NCBI GenBank assembly: GCA_963666425.2
Contig: OY762825.2
Span: forward strand, 1,344,001 to 1,408,000
DNA length: 64,000 bases
Origin: Bacillota bacterium
GTDB lineage: Bacteria > Bacillota > JAAYKD01
Direction of reading: 5' to 3'
This document shows, one piece after another, positions 19,328 to 29,674 of the stretch. The notes under the pieces were generated by a model. That model was not told where the DNA came from. It worked only from the letters and a program-made list of their open reading frames with translations, and searched no databases. A program made the translations under genes and the position numbers. How positions within the stretch are numbered: position 1 is the first letter of the stretch; every line of letters begins with the position of its first letter.

Positions 19328-20320
19328 ATGAAAGAACTCCTTTTTATCATCAATTCAAACCAGAAAGGCCGAATCAACCATGAGAAAGTTTTTTTGAAAC
19401 CGTACCGCTGGGCAATCCTCTATGCTCTTTTGATGATCTTTTGCGTCAGTTACGTTTTATTGGATACCTTTGTCATCCCACGCGCGCTTCCCTCTTTGTC
19501 AACCACTGCCGCCGCCGGTACGATCACCCTCGCCAGTGATACAAACTCAGCAAACGCCGGATCTACAGCGAAAACAACTGCCGCAGCCCTCGTTACTGCG
19601 AATTCGTATCAGGATGAAAACATCAAAATCAGCATTGAAACGCTCTACGAAGAGGATACCGCCATCTATCTGGCCGATATTCAGCTCTCTAGCCTCGATT
19701 ATTTCAAAACAGCTTTGGCGGCAAACAGCTATGGCCGTAATATTACCGCTGCCACTTCGGATATGGCGGCAGCCAACCAGGCGATTTTTGCCATCAATGG
19801 TGATTACTATGGCTTTCGCAATACCGGTTTCGTGTTGCGCAACGGTATTCTCTATCGGGACACGGCGCGCACCGCCGCTAGTGACGAAGCTTTACTGATC
19901 GATCAGTACGGGGATTTTTCGATCATCCATGAAAATGCAACCGACGCGCAGGCGCTGGCGAATGCCGGTGCCTGGCAGATCTTTTCTTTCGGTCCCGCCT
20001 TGGTTGAAGAGGGGCAGCTCACGGTCAGCCAAAGCAGTGAAGTCAGCCAATCAATGACCAGCAATCCGCGTACCGCCATCGGTCAAATCTCTCCGCTGCA
20101 CTATCTCGTCATCGTCTCGGACGGCCGCAGCACAACGAGTGCCGGTTTATCGCTGCTGCAATTGGCGGAACTATTTGTGGAACGTGGCTGTACGGTTGCC
20201 TATAATCTGGACGGAGGTGGTTCCTCCACCATGTGGTTCAATGGCCAAGTGATCAATCATCCCGCCAATGGGAAATCTTCTGCCGAACGGAGTGTGAGTG
20301 ACATTGTTTACATCGGTTAA
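19328..20320 (+). CDS. Phosphodiester glycosidase (NAGPA) family protein; true start uncertain, possible frameshift at 19389-19395
   Basis: AINGDYY, FSFGPALV, NPRTAIG, DGR, NLDGGGS; N-terminal TM anchor. Confidence 0.88.
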   Translation: MKELLFIINSNQKGRINHEKVFLKPYRWAILYALLMIFCVSYVLLDTFVIPRALPSLSTTAAAGTITLASDTNSANAGSTAKTTAAALVTANSYQDENIKISIETLYEEDTAIYLADIQLSSLDYFKTALAANSYGRNITAATSDMAAANQAIFAINGDYYGFRNTGFVLRNGILYRDTARTAASDEALLIDQYGDFSIIHENATDAQALANAGAWQIFSFGPALVEEGQLTVSQSSEVSQSMTSNPRTAIGQISPLHYLVIVSDGRSTTSAGLSLLQLAELFVERGCTVAYNLDGGGSSTMWFNGQVINHPANGKSSAERSVSDIVYIG

Positions 20321-20732
20321 AAGGCTTCCAAAACAAAATCGAACCCTCGTTAAAACAGCAATCGCTTATCTGATGATGGCCATTTTCTGTTTTGTTTTCC
20401 AGCAGGTTTACAACCTGTTTGGTCATGGTGTCACTTCCGCTGCGCTGTCGCTGATCTTTCTCTATCCTTTATTGGCAGGTGTTCTGCCGTTTTTCCTGCT
20501 CTCTTTGCTGCTGCCGCAGGCTGGCAAGCTGGCGAATGCTCGTTTTTCTTTCAACTGCTACCACTCCGGCATCGCCACTCTGACTGTCGGCAGCCTACTG
20601 CAGGGTATTTTCGAAATTGCCGGCACCGGTTCACCCTATACTGTGCTCTTTCTGCTGATCGGCAGCCTTTTTGTCTTGATTGGTCTCGTCGGTTTTGCAA
20701 TTGCGCTCCGACGACACTCTCTCATCGCTTGA
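20298..20732 (+). CDS. 4-TM hypothetical membrane protein
   Basis: Hydrophobic ORF overlapping the upstream stop; YNLFGHGV, GIFEIAGT. Confidence 0.7.
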   Translation: MTLFTSVKRLPKQNRTLVKTAIAYLMMAIFCFVFQQVYNLFGHGVTSAALSLIFLYPLLAGVLPFFLLSLLLPQAGKLANARFSFNCYHSGIATLTVGSLLQGIFEIAGTGSPYTVLFLLIGSLFVLIGLVGFAIALRRHSLIA

Positions 20733-20863
20733 GATTTTGTTGCCGCCGCTGTTTTGCTTGCAAATGCAGTCGCCTTGCTTTGCTGCCGGATTATTTCAAT
20801 CTGATGCAGGTAATCCCGAGGGAACGTAGAAATAGATGGTAAAATCTTTTAGGAGGCGAAAGA

Positions 20864-22657
20864 ATGGCAAAACAATTATTGAGAAGTGAAGTTCCCGCGG
20901 ATCAAACCTGGCGAGTATCCGACATTTTCCCCAGCGTTGAAGTCTGGGAAACCGAATTGGCGAATCTGAAAACCATGATTGCTGCCGTCACTCAATACCA
21001 AGGTAAATTGGGCAACAGTTCCACCATGCTGCGCGAATGTCTTGAAGCGCTGGAAACCCTGATGGGCAAGGCGTCGCAAGTGTTCAGTTATGCTTCTTTA
21101 AATATTGCCAGCGACGGCACCAACCATGCTTATCAAGCCATGTCTGGCAAAGCAAGCGCCGCTATGGCCGAATTGCAGGCGCAGACTTCCTTTATCCAGA
21201 GTGAAGCGTTGGCTCTACCCGATGGCACCCTGGAAAAATACCTGCAAGCAGATGAAAGTTTAGCACCATTTCGCTTTACGATTCAAAAATGGATCGAACA
21301 CAAGCCCTATATGCTCGCTCCGGAAACGGAAATGGTTTTAGCCGCGCTCGGTCAGGTACTCAACGCTCCGGCTGAAATTTACGAACGCTCCCGCTCTGCC
21401 GATTTGAAATGCGATATGATCATGGACGGCAAAGGCAACAGTTATGCCATGGGACTTGGCAAACACGATTCCGATGCGGATGCAACCCTGCGCCGCAACG
21501 CTTACAGTGAGCTCAGTCAGAAATTAGGTCATTATAATAATACCTATGGCGCCGCCTGGGGTTTGGAAGTCAAGAAAAATGTAGTCACCGCTAAACTGCG
21601 CGGTTATGGCTCTGCCGTCGAGATGCTGCTGCACCGACAGGAAGTCACGACCGATATCTATAATAATCTGCACGATGTCATTCTGACCGAACTGGCGCCG
21701 CACTGGCGGAAATTAGCCAAACTGCGCAAAGAAGTGCTCGGTATGGACGAGATGCTCTACTGCGATATCGAAGCGCCGCTCGATCCGGAATTCAGCCCAG
21801 CTGTGACTTATGAAGAAGCCTCAAAATTGGTTTTGGACGGTGTTTCTGTTTTAGGCGAAGAATATACCGAAATCATCCGCAAAGGTTTAACCGAACACTG
21901 GATCGATCGTGCCGACAACGCCGGCAAACGCACCGGAGCTTTCTGCAACACGGTTTATGGTGTGCATCCTTACATCAGCATGAGTTGGTCCGGCCAAATG
22001 CGCAACGCTTTAACCATGGCGCATGAACTCGGTCATGCCGGACAAGGTGTTTTTGCCACACGTTATCAACGGCTCTCCAATGCCAGACCAACCATGTTCT
22101 TTATTGAAGCGCCTTCCACGATCAATGAATTATTGGTCGCCAACCGGATCCTGGCCAAAGCAGACAGTGCCAGAATGCGTCTCTGGGTCATCACGCAAAT
22201 GCTGACTTCCTATCATCATAACTTTGTCCGCCACCTGATCGAAGGCGAATTGCAGCGCCGCACCTACGCTTTAGCAGAAAAGGGTATACCGATTTCCGCA
22301 TCGATACTGAATAAAGTACAGGGCGAAATCCTGGAAGAATTCTATGGCGGTGAAGTCGTCATCGACGATAACGCCAAACTGGTCTGGATGCGTCAATCTC
22401 ACTACTATAACGGCTTATATCCCTACAGCTATTCGGCTGGTTTGACCGTCGGCACAGCGGTTTCCCAAAAAATCGAAAAAGAAGGCAGCAAAGCTGCCGA
22501 ACGCTGGATCGAAGTCTTAAAAGCCGGCGGTACCCTGAAACCGTTGGAACTCTGCCAACTGGCCGGTGTTGACATGAGCAAAAAGGAAACCATTCAATCG
22601 GCGGTCGCCTATGTTGGTTCCCTGGTTGATGAAGTCGTAGCCAGTTACAAAAAATAA
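20864..22657 (+). CDS. pepF: Oligoendopeptidase F (M3B)
   Basis: GKRTGAF, AHELGH zinc motif, EAPST. Confidence 0.95.
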   Translation: MAKQLLRSEVPADQTWRVSDIFPSVEVWETELANLKTMIAAVTQYQGKLGNSSTMLRECLEALETLMGKASQVFSYASLNIASDGTNHAYQAMSGKASAAMAELQAQTSFIQSEALALPDGTLEKYLQADESLAPFRFTIQKWIEHKPYMLAPETEMVLAALGQVLNAPAEIYERSRSADLKCDMIMDGKGNSYAMGLGKHDSDADATLRRNAYSELSQKLGHYNNTYGAAWGLEVKKNVVTAKLRGYGSAVEMLLHRQEVTTDIYNNLHDVILTELAPHWRKLAKLRKEVLGMDEMLYCDIEAPLDPEFSPAVTYEEASKLVLDGVSVLGEEYTEIIRKGLTEHWIDRADNAGKRTGAFCNTVYGVHPYISMSWSGQMRNALTMAHELGHAGQGVFATRYQRLSNARPTMFFIEAPSTINELLVANRILAKADSARMRLWVITQMLTSYHHNFVRHLIEGELQRRTYALAEKGIPISASILNKVQGEILEEFYGGEVVIDDNAKLVWMRQSHYYNGLYPYSYSAGLTVGTAVSQKIEKEGSKAAERWIEVLKAGGTLKPLELCQLAGVDMSKKETIQSAVAYVGSLVDEVVASYKK

Positions 22658-22702
22658 GTAAACGCAAAGCCAGTCTCAGCAATCAGCAATACCCAATCAA
22701 AG

Positions 22703-22768
22703 AAAAAAGCTCCTCAAAGGCGGCCGATGGTGATCAAGAACCATCGAACGCCGCTGAGGAGCTTTTTT
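22703..22768. terminator. Compound bidirectional terminator
   Basis: AAAAAAGCTCCTCA...TGAGGAGCTTTTTT with a nested CGATGGT/ACCATCG hairpin. Confidence 0.8.
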
Positions 22769-22795
22769 ACTGAAATTTCTTTTCCCGACTGCTGC

Positions 22796-23524
22796 TTATT
22801 TGGCATCCACCAACGCCTGCAGCGCAGTCTTGACTGTTTCAAAATCCAACTGCTGTTCTGTGCAGTAGGTTTTGATGACGGTCAGCGGATTGGGCAAGGT
22901 TTTTCCAATCACCGTTTCCGCTTCTTTTTGGCTGACACCGGCATCCAGCACTTCCCGGAACGTCGTCGAGCCTTTGATCACGAAGCCGTCTGTGGTTGCC
23001 GGCACTTTCTCCGGACTGCTGCCGGTGTTCCCCTCATTGCTCAGCTCCACCGTGATTGCTGCCAATCCTGCGGCTGCTTCTGCCGATAGCTTACCTGAGG
23101 CAATCAGGATTTCCACCGCCGGCTGCGGTAAATAGACCGTTTCGGTCAATTCATAGGGCAGTCCCGTGTAGAGAGAAACAAAATACTTAACGGAACTGGT
23201 ACCGATTTCTGTTCCGGCCGCTGCCTGCGATTCATAGATCGTTTCCAGTGATTTTAACTGAAAAGCACCTGCATCCGCTGCCGTTACCCCAAAAGCCTGG
23301 GCCAAAATGCTCGTATCAATCTGAAACGATTGCTCGATGCCAGCAAAAGTATAAGAACCGCGAATATCGGCCGGATTAAATTCTCCCGCATAAGCGCCGG
23401 ATGTAAACTTGGCGGGTTGGCCGGAATTTTCCGTCTGCCAGTAGCCCAACGCATCCGCCAGGAAAACCGAACCGAAAATTACGGAGAGAACGACCATTGC
23501 CAAAACAACAGATTTTAATTTCAT
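22796..23524 (-). CDS. Membrane-anchored hypothetical protein coupled to the upstream Fe-S protein
   Basis: ATGA overlap; N-terminal TM; GYWQT, PADIRGS and C-terminal IKGSTTF segments. Confidence 0.8.
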   Translation of the reverse strand: MKLKSVVLAMVVLSVIFGSVFLADALGYWQTENSGQPAKFTSGAYAGEFNPADIRGSYTFAGIEQSFQIDTSILAQAFGVTAADAGAFQLKSLETIYESQAAAGTEIGTSSVKYFVSLYTGLPYELTETVYLPQPAVEILIASGKLSAEAAAGLAAITVELSNEGNTGSSPEKVPATTDGFVIKGSTTFREVLDAGVSQKEAETVIGKTLPNPLTVIKTYCTEQQLDFETVKTALQALVDAK

Positions 23525-24378
23525 GCTTTTTCCCCCTTTCCGATTTGCAATGCCACGGTTTTGGCAATCGGGCAGGCTTGTTCCGATGTGCATTTTAAGC
23601 AGGAAATGCATTGATGATTTCTCACCGTAGCAGTATCACTGACGGTGATGTTCATCGGGCAGGCTCTGTCGCAGGCGCCGCACTGAATGCAGGTCTCGGT
23701 ATTGCGTTTGATCTTGAAAATACGGAAAAAATTGGTTAAACCAAGCACAGCACCGTAGGGGCAGGCATATTTGCACCACGGACGCTCCACAAACAAAGAA
23801 GCGATAGCGGTAAGAGCCAAAAGAGTCAGTGCCGCCGGAGTTAACTCATTGGTCCAGAGATTGAAAAGTGCGTAATAAGGGTCAACCCCTTGAAAAATCA
23901 GTTTTCCGGTCACAGCCGTTTGATATACAACAGCCGCCAGCACCAAATAGCGGAGATAGCGTAACACTTTATCCACTTTGGCGGGGATAAAATGGTTAAA
24001 ACGTTTGCCGTTCAATTTCCTGCCAAGCTTGCTGATCAGCTCCTGAACCGTGCCGAAGGGGCAAACCCAACCGCAGAGAGCCGGACCTGCCAATACGGCA
24101 AGCACCAGAGCAGCCAGCATCAAGACAAAGGAAGATTCGTGGATTTTCTGCACAAAAGTGCCGACGGTGAAAAACTGATAAAGCGATACCACACCGCCAA
24201 AGGGACAAATAGCGTGCAGAGAAGCGTTCGGTAAAAACGCCAGATTGATGCCTATGTCCGTCAGATATTTCTTTAAACTGATTGCTAAAACCAGGATCAA
24301 AAAGAAACCTTGTACCCAGCTTCTGATCTGAGCCTTCTTTGGTTTCCGGTTCGGGGGATTCGTTGTCACATTCGTCAT
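23521..24378 (-). CDS. Membrane polyferredoxin (NapH/FixG-like 4Fe-4S binding protein)
   Basis: CPFG, CGWVCPFG, CKYACPYG, CIQCGACDRACP, CISCLKC; GGAGG RBS at ATG 24378. Confidence 0.88.
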   Translation of the reverse strand: MTNVTTNPPNRKPKKAQIRSWVQGFFLILVLAISLKKYLTDIGINLAFLPNASLHAICPFGGVVSLYQFFTVGTFVQKIHESSFVLMLAALVLAVLAGPALCGWVCPFGTVQELISKLGRKLNGKRFNHFIPAKVDKVLRYLRYLVLAAVVYQTAVTGKLIFQGVDPYYALFNLWTNELTPAALTLLALTAIASLFVERPWCKYACPYGAVLGLTNFFRIFKIKRNTETCIQCGACDRACPMNITVSDTATVRNHQCISCLKCTSEQACPIAKTVALQIGKGEKA

Positions 24379-24558
24379 GCTGTCAACCTCCAGATTTTCA
24401 TTTTGTATTTTGTTTTCCAAGCTTGCTTGAATTCTAATGGAAAAGTGTGTCGAAAACATGGCAAAAGCGTGGAAAAAGAACAACGCTCTCTGAAGAACAG
24501 CCAGTGATAATTCACTGTGCCGCCCGAAAGAGAGCGTTTTCAACAAAAAGAAAACTGT

Positions 24559-25608
24559 TCAATTCTTTTGATTCAGCTTTGCCGAAGATCTTCGCAAAGA
24601 AACATTGGCCGCAAAACCAAGCAGGATCGGGATCCAAAAAGAGATCAGACGATAACTCAAGGTCGCTACGACGCTGACATCCATCGCGATACCCAAAGCG
24701 GTATACATTTTTACCATGATGCTCTCCACAACGCCGACACCGCCCGGAACAAAGAAGGCTACATTGCGTAATAGCAGGGCCATGCTATAGCCCGTGATCA
24801 AGAGAATCGGATTGATCGGATGACCCGCGGCAATAAAGCAGATATAGAGTGAGAACATATCAAAACCAACCATCAGACAGGATCCCGCGACCGGTTTGAC
24901 CCAACCTTTTTTTTGCAGCAGCAGCATACCGTTGAAGAGTTCATCCATTGCTGCACTAATTTCTTCCAGTTTCGCCGGGCGTTTGATCAGGCGAAGAAAA
25001 AACCCGATGGTCAGCAAAACCAGATGCTTAATTCCGTCGCGGTGCTGAAAGCCGAATACCAGAACAATCGCACCACCGGCTAAAATAGCGAAAATCACAA
25101 TGGCTAGAAATTTCTGAAAATCCGTGATCTGATGCATCAGCAACAGATAAAGAAAACTGATTTCTGCCAGAACCAATAAAATCAAATTATTCAGGAGCAC
25201 CGGCAAAAACCCGGTCAGTTTGGAGGCATCCGATGGCTCTTCGTTTTTCGATACCCAATAATAGGTTGTCGCCATCCCGGTCACCCAACCGCCGATCAAA
25301 CCGAGACTGGCGGAGGCCAGGGTAATCAAAGCTCCCCGGAAAACCGTGAATTTAGATTTTCCCAAATTCATGATTGCTTTTAATAAATATCCGCTGCCCA
25401 AATAGCTGCACATTTCAGCCAGAATCGCCAAGCTGACCAACCAGATCGGCATAGATAATAAGACCTGCAGAGAATTCTCCAGGGTTGCCAGACTGGGCAA
25501 CAGGATGTGCACAGCCAAACCGAGCACCAGCAAAGGGACCAGATAGCGGTAGATTCGGCTTTGATTGAGTGGATGGTCTTTCTGTTTCTTCTCCGCGATG
25601 ACTGTCAC
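24559..25608 (-). CDS. Lysylphosphatidylglycerol synthase TM-domain (UPF0104 flippase-like) protein
   Basis: Multi-TM; PGGVGVVE and YRLISFWIP motifs. Confidence 0.85.
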   Translation of the reverse strand: MTVIAEKKQKDHPLNQSRIYRYLVPLLVLGLAVHILLPSLATLENSLQVLLSMPIWLVSLAILAEMCSYLGSGYLLKAIMNLGKSKFTVFRGALITLASASLGLIGGWVTGMATTYYWVSKNEEPSDASKLTGFLPVLLNNLILLVLAEISFLYLLLMHQITDFQKFLAIVIFAILAGGAIVLVFGFQHRDGIKHLVLLTIGFFLRLIKRPAKLEEISAAMDELFNGMLLLQKKGWVKPVAGSCLMVGFDMFSLYICFIAAGHPINPILLITGYSMALLLRNVAFFVPGGVGVVESIMVKMYTALGIAMDVSVVATLSYRLISFWIPILLGFAANVSLRRSSAKLNQKN

Positions 25609-25895
25609 CTTCTGTCTTTAAGCACGCTTCTGTTTTCTATTATAACACAATCTGCCAGACTCGTCTGAAAAAAGCGTTTTTCGTTGATAATGATACCACA
25701 AAAAGGCAACGATGCAAGCTGAATGATTGGGCGTTTTCATGTATCACTTTGTCTGTGCCATAGAACCTTTCGCCAGATGACGCTCTGGCCCAGAGGTTGA
25801 AAGTGGAAATTACCCGGCTTCATTACCGAAGTTTTATTGACATCTGCCGGCGGAACAACTAAAATAAATGCATCATGAGAAAGAGGTGATCCGCT

Positions 25896-27050
25896 GTGCC
25901 TGCAAAAAGCGAAATACGAATCGAACGGCTGCAAACGATATTACAAGAGAACGCACTGCAAGGATATCTTTGTGCGACCTGCAGCGACATGGTTTGGCTG
26001 CTCGATGCCGCCGCTGCCATCCCCTATCAACACAGTTCCTGTATCTGGTTAGAAAAACTGGGCGGAGAACGCGGCGATCTTTTCTATCAAAACTTTCCCG
26101 AAGCAATGCTCTGGATCCCTGCCGAGGGCGAAGCGCACCTTGTGGTGCTGCCCTATCTGACTGCACGCTACAGCGGTTTCGGCGTTGAGGTCACTCCTGC
26201 CTATTTTGACCGCTTCGCCAATGCTTTGCGGCAATTTTGCAGAAGCGGCAGCATCGCAGTCGGTTTGGCTTGCCGTGCTGCGCTGCAGGCGATTCTCAGC
26301 CAGGCCGGTCCGTTTACGGCTGCCGACGGTTCACATCTTTGTGATCAATTCCGCTGCATCAAAGACGCGGAGGAAATCGCCGCCTTGCGTTATAATGCCG
26401 AATTATGCGACCGCGCCATGCAGCAGGTCCTGCCGTTGCTGCGGCCCGGTCAATGCTGCGCTGATATTGAAAACGCCTTGGCTGAATTCGGTCTGGCCCA
26501 GGGTGCTTTTGATCAATCCTTTGGCAACACCGTCATCGCTCAACCTTACGGGCAGATGCGTCTGGGTAAATTCGATCCCTTCCCTCCGCAGACTGTCGTG
26601 GCTTTTGATCATGGCTTTCTCTGCAACGGTTACAGCGGTGATTTTGGCCGTTCCTTTTTCATCGGTAAAGCGCCGCAGCGTCTCACAGAGGCGTATCGCG
26701 CCTTGCAGGCTGCGCATGAATACCTGCTGCAAACGGTACAGCCGGGAGTGACCAACGTCAATGAAATCAACCGCATCATCCGCAGCGGCGCAAAAGGCTA
26801 CGGTATCGATGCCTGGCTTGGTCCCACGGAAGACCAACTCATGGGGCATCAAATCGGAATCGATTGTCATGAGTACCCTTGGCTGACCAATCAGTTCGAT
26901 CACCCCATTCTTCCCGGTATGGTTTTTGCCGTCGAACCGCGCATCAACATCCCCGATCAGTTCTATCTGCGCATGGAAGATGTCCTTTTGGCAACCACCG
27001 GCGGGTTGCAGCCCCTGACCCAATTCACGAAAGAACTGCTTGAATTGTAA
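25896..27050 (+). CDS. M24 family Xaa-Pro peptidase
   Basis: IKDAEEI, D..YSGDFGR, GHQIG..CHE, VEP, MED metal ligands. Confidence 0.88.
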   Translation: MPAKSEIRIERLQTILQENALQGYLCATCSDMVWLLDAAAAIPYQHSSCIWLEKLGGERGDLFYQNFPEAMLWIPAEGEAHLVVLPYLTARYSGFGVEVTPAYFDRFANALRQFCRSGSIAVGLACRAALQAILSQAGPFTAADGSHLCDQFRCIKDAEEIAALRYNAELCDRAMQQVLPLLRPGQCCADIENALAEFGLAQGAFDQSFGNTVIAQPYGQMRLGKFDPFPPQTVVAFDHGFLCNGYSGDFGRSFFIGKAPQRLTEAYRALQAAHEYLLQTVQPGVTNVNEINRIIRSGAKGYGIDAWLGPTEDQLMGHQIGIDCHEYPWLTNQFDHPILPGMVFAVEPRINIPDQFYLRMEDVLLATTGGLQPLTQFTKELLEL

Positions 27051-27468
27051 CCACTCCGACACTTTCCGCTAATGCAAATCCAACGTCATAACCATACACC
27101 TCAACGAGGAGCAGCCAGACGGCCGCTCCTCGCTTTTTGCTGAAAAATTGCTGTTCAATCCTATTTGTTTTTTTATCTGCTGCAAATTGCGCCGGTGCCC
27201 AGCTTCTTCACTTTTTCTTCACTTCTTTTGCGTACAATGAAATTCGAGTAACAGCTCACGAACGACTATGATCCGCCTGCATCAACGATTGGCCTGATTA
27301 CCGCTGCTTTTTTTCGTTTCAGCTATGAAATAGTTGCCGCAAATGCTATAATGAACACATATTCTGCTGCAAACGGCCGGGCACTCCAGCACTCGGGAAA
27401 ACTACCGGGCCGCGCAAAAAAAATTCCAAAGAACCAGACAGAAATCAACCCAAAGGGGGTGGGAGACA

Positions 27469-28167
27469 ATGACAACAAAACCAACCATTCTTTTGGTGGA
27501 TGATGAAATAAAAATCACCGAAGTGGTAAAATCCTATTTGGAGAATGCAGGTTACCGGGTAGTCTGCGCTTACACCGGCAGACAAGCGCTGGATCTCTTT
27601 GAAAAAAATGCCCCGGCACTGATGATCCTTGACCTGATGCTGCCCGATTTCTCCGGTGAGGAGATTTGTAAGGCGATTCGAAAAAAATCGAGAACACCTA
27701 TCATCATGCTGACAGCCAAAGTGCAGGATGCGGAAATCATCAACGGGCTGGAAATTGGAGCGGATGATTATATGATCAAGCCGTTCAGCCCCAGGCAGTT
27801 GGTTGCCCGGGTTGAGGCTGTGCTGCGCAGAGTCTCTGCTGAAGCCGTTCCACTGGCCAATGAATTCTCTTTCAATGACGGAGAATTAGTCATCGACGGT
27901 CTGCGTCATGAGATACGGAAAAACGGCCAACAGCTCAACCTGACGCCGAATGAATATCAAATCCTGATGATTATGGCGAAATATCCGACGAAAACATTTA
28001 CCAGAGAAGAATTAATCCGCTTTGCTTTGGGCGACGACTTTGAAGGTTATGACCGCATTATCGATACGCATATTAAGAATATCCGGCAAAAAATAGGCGA
28101 TGACAGTAAAACCCCGCGTTATATTCTGACGGTACACGGCATTGGCTACAAGTTTGGGGGCGAATAA
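27469..28167 (+). CDS. OmpR/BaeR-like response regulator
   Basis: VDDE, LDLMLP, MLTAK, GADDY, KPF, winged-helix C-terminus. Confidence 0.95.
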   Translation: MTTKPTILLVDDEIKITEVVKSYLENAGYRVVCAYTGRQALDLFEKNAPALMILDLMLPDFSGEEICKAIRKKSRTPIIMLTAKVQDAEIINGLEIGADDYMIKPFSPRQLVARVEAVLRRVSAEAVPLANEFSFNDGELVIDGLRHEIRKNGQQLNLTPNEYQILMIMAKYPTKTFTREELIRFALGDDFEGYDRIIDTHIKNIRQKIGDDSKTPRYILTVHGIGYKFGGE

Positions 28168-28168
28168 A

Positions 28169-29572
28169 GTGAAATATACGCTGCGCTTCAAACTGACTTC
28201 GGCTTTTCTGCTGATCACCTTGCTTTTTTCTTTATTGATCGGCCTTTTCGCTAATATTACGCTGCAGAGGCAGTTTAATAATTACGTAATGGAAAATCTG
28301 AAGCAGACCAATGAACAAATCATCACAACGCTGGAAAACCGCTACCGCGATTGGGGCAACCAATGGGATCTGACCGGTTTGGAAAATCTGGGAGTCAACG
28401 CCTTGAACGACGGCTTGATGCTGCAGATCCGCGACAGCGGCGGAACGGTTTTATGGGATGCCATGACGCACAATCGCGGTTTCTGCACAGAGATTTTACA
28501 GGGCATGGCCGCCAAGATGAAGAGACAGAATGCCGCTTTTCGTGGTGGCTATACGGAAAAAGAGTATCCACTTACCGTTTCGGGTCAATCGGCAGGAACG
28601 GTTACGATCGGATATTACGGACCCTATTTCTATACTGATAATGATATCAACTATCTCAAAACCCTGAATCGCATCCTGATCTTAGGAACTGCCATCGCGG
28701 GTCTGCTTTCGCTTTTAACGGGGACCTACCTGGCCAAACGTCTCTCGATTCCGATCGCCCGTGTGATCAACAGTGCCGAAGAAATCGCCAAGGGCAATTA
28801 TCAGGAACGCATCACAGAAAAATCTGATATGCAGGAAATCATTCATTTAACCAAGTCGATCAACACGCTGGCGGATACACTCGGGAAGCAGGAAATCCTG
28901 CGCAAACGCCTGACTGCCGATGTAGCGCATGAACTCCGAACGCCGATTGCCAATCTGCAAAGCCACCTCGAAGCCATGATTGACGGAATCTGGCAAGCAG
29001 ATTGCAAGCGGTTGATCTCTTGTCATGAAGAAACACTCAGGATGGCAAAAATCGTCAACGATCTGGGCAAACTGGCGGCCTATGAAAGCGAGAACCTGGT
29101 TCTGCATCCGGTCAGCTTCCCTCTCGCCGATTTCATCCATGGTCTCGTCTTAAATTTCGAAAGTGAATTTCGCAAAAAGAATGTCACGCTCTCGGCAGAA
29201 ACAGAGGAACAAGACCTGTTTGCCGACAAAGATATGCTGGCTCAAGTACTCACCAACCTGCTCTCGAATGCGCTGAAATATACTCCCGCCGGGGGAAGCG
29301 TGACAATTTCCGCTGTGAGCGACGCAGACCAGGTGCAAATTACGGTTGCTGACACCGGTATTGGCATCAGCCAGGCAGATCTGCCCTTTATCTTTGAACG
29401 ATTTTACCGGGCGGATCAATCGCGCAGCAGAATCACCGGCGGTTCCGGCATTGGACTGACCATCGCGAAATCCCTGGTGGAAGCGCATCACGGCAGCTTA
29501 TCCGTCCGCAGTGAACCGGGGGTTGGCAGTCAATTTACCATTTTGCTGCCCAGAAACCCTAAAGAAAACTAA
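28169..29572 (+). CDS. BaeS-like sensor histidine kinase
   Basis: 2 TM, HAMP, HELRTP, NALKY, DTGIG, GSGIGL. Confidence 0.95.
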   Translation: MKYTLRFKLTSAFLLITLLFSLLIGLFANITLQRQFNNYVMENLKQTNEQIITTLENRYRDWGNQWDLTGLENLGVNALNDGLMLQIRDSGGTVLWDAMTHNRGFCTEILQGMAAKMKRQNAAFRGGYTEKEYPLTVSGQSAGTVTIGYYGPYFYTDNDINYLKTLNRILILGTAIAGLLSLLTGTYLAKRLSIPIARVINSAEEIAKGNYQERITEKSDMQEIIHLTKSINTLADTLGKQEILRKRLTADVAHELRTPIANLQSHLEAMIDGIWQADCKRLISCHEETLRMAKIVNDLGKLAAYESENLVLHPVSFPLADFIHGLVLNFESEFRKKNVTLSAETEEQDLFADKDMLAQVLTNLLSNALKYTPAGGSVTISAVSDADQVQITVADTGIGISQADLPFIFERFYRADQSRSRITGGSGIGLTIAKSLVEAHHGSLSVRSEPGVGSQFTILLPRNPKEN

Positions 29573-29674
29573 ATCGGCTCAAATTTACTGCCGGATATCA
29601 ACAAGGCTGCCTCGGATGAAACCGGGACAGCCTTGTTTGCGCTCCGATTATTCCCGGAGCCGTACTGCTTATTT

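Noticed and set aside
27370-27415. CTACCGGGC resembling a purine riboswitch core before the response regulator
   Set aside because: No P2 TATGG loop, no CCGTAAA loop and no closing P1
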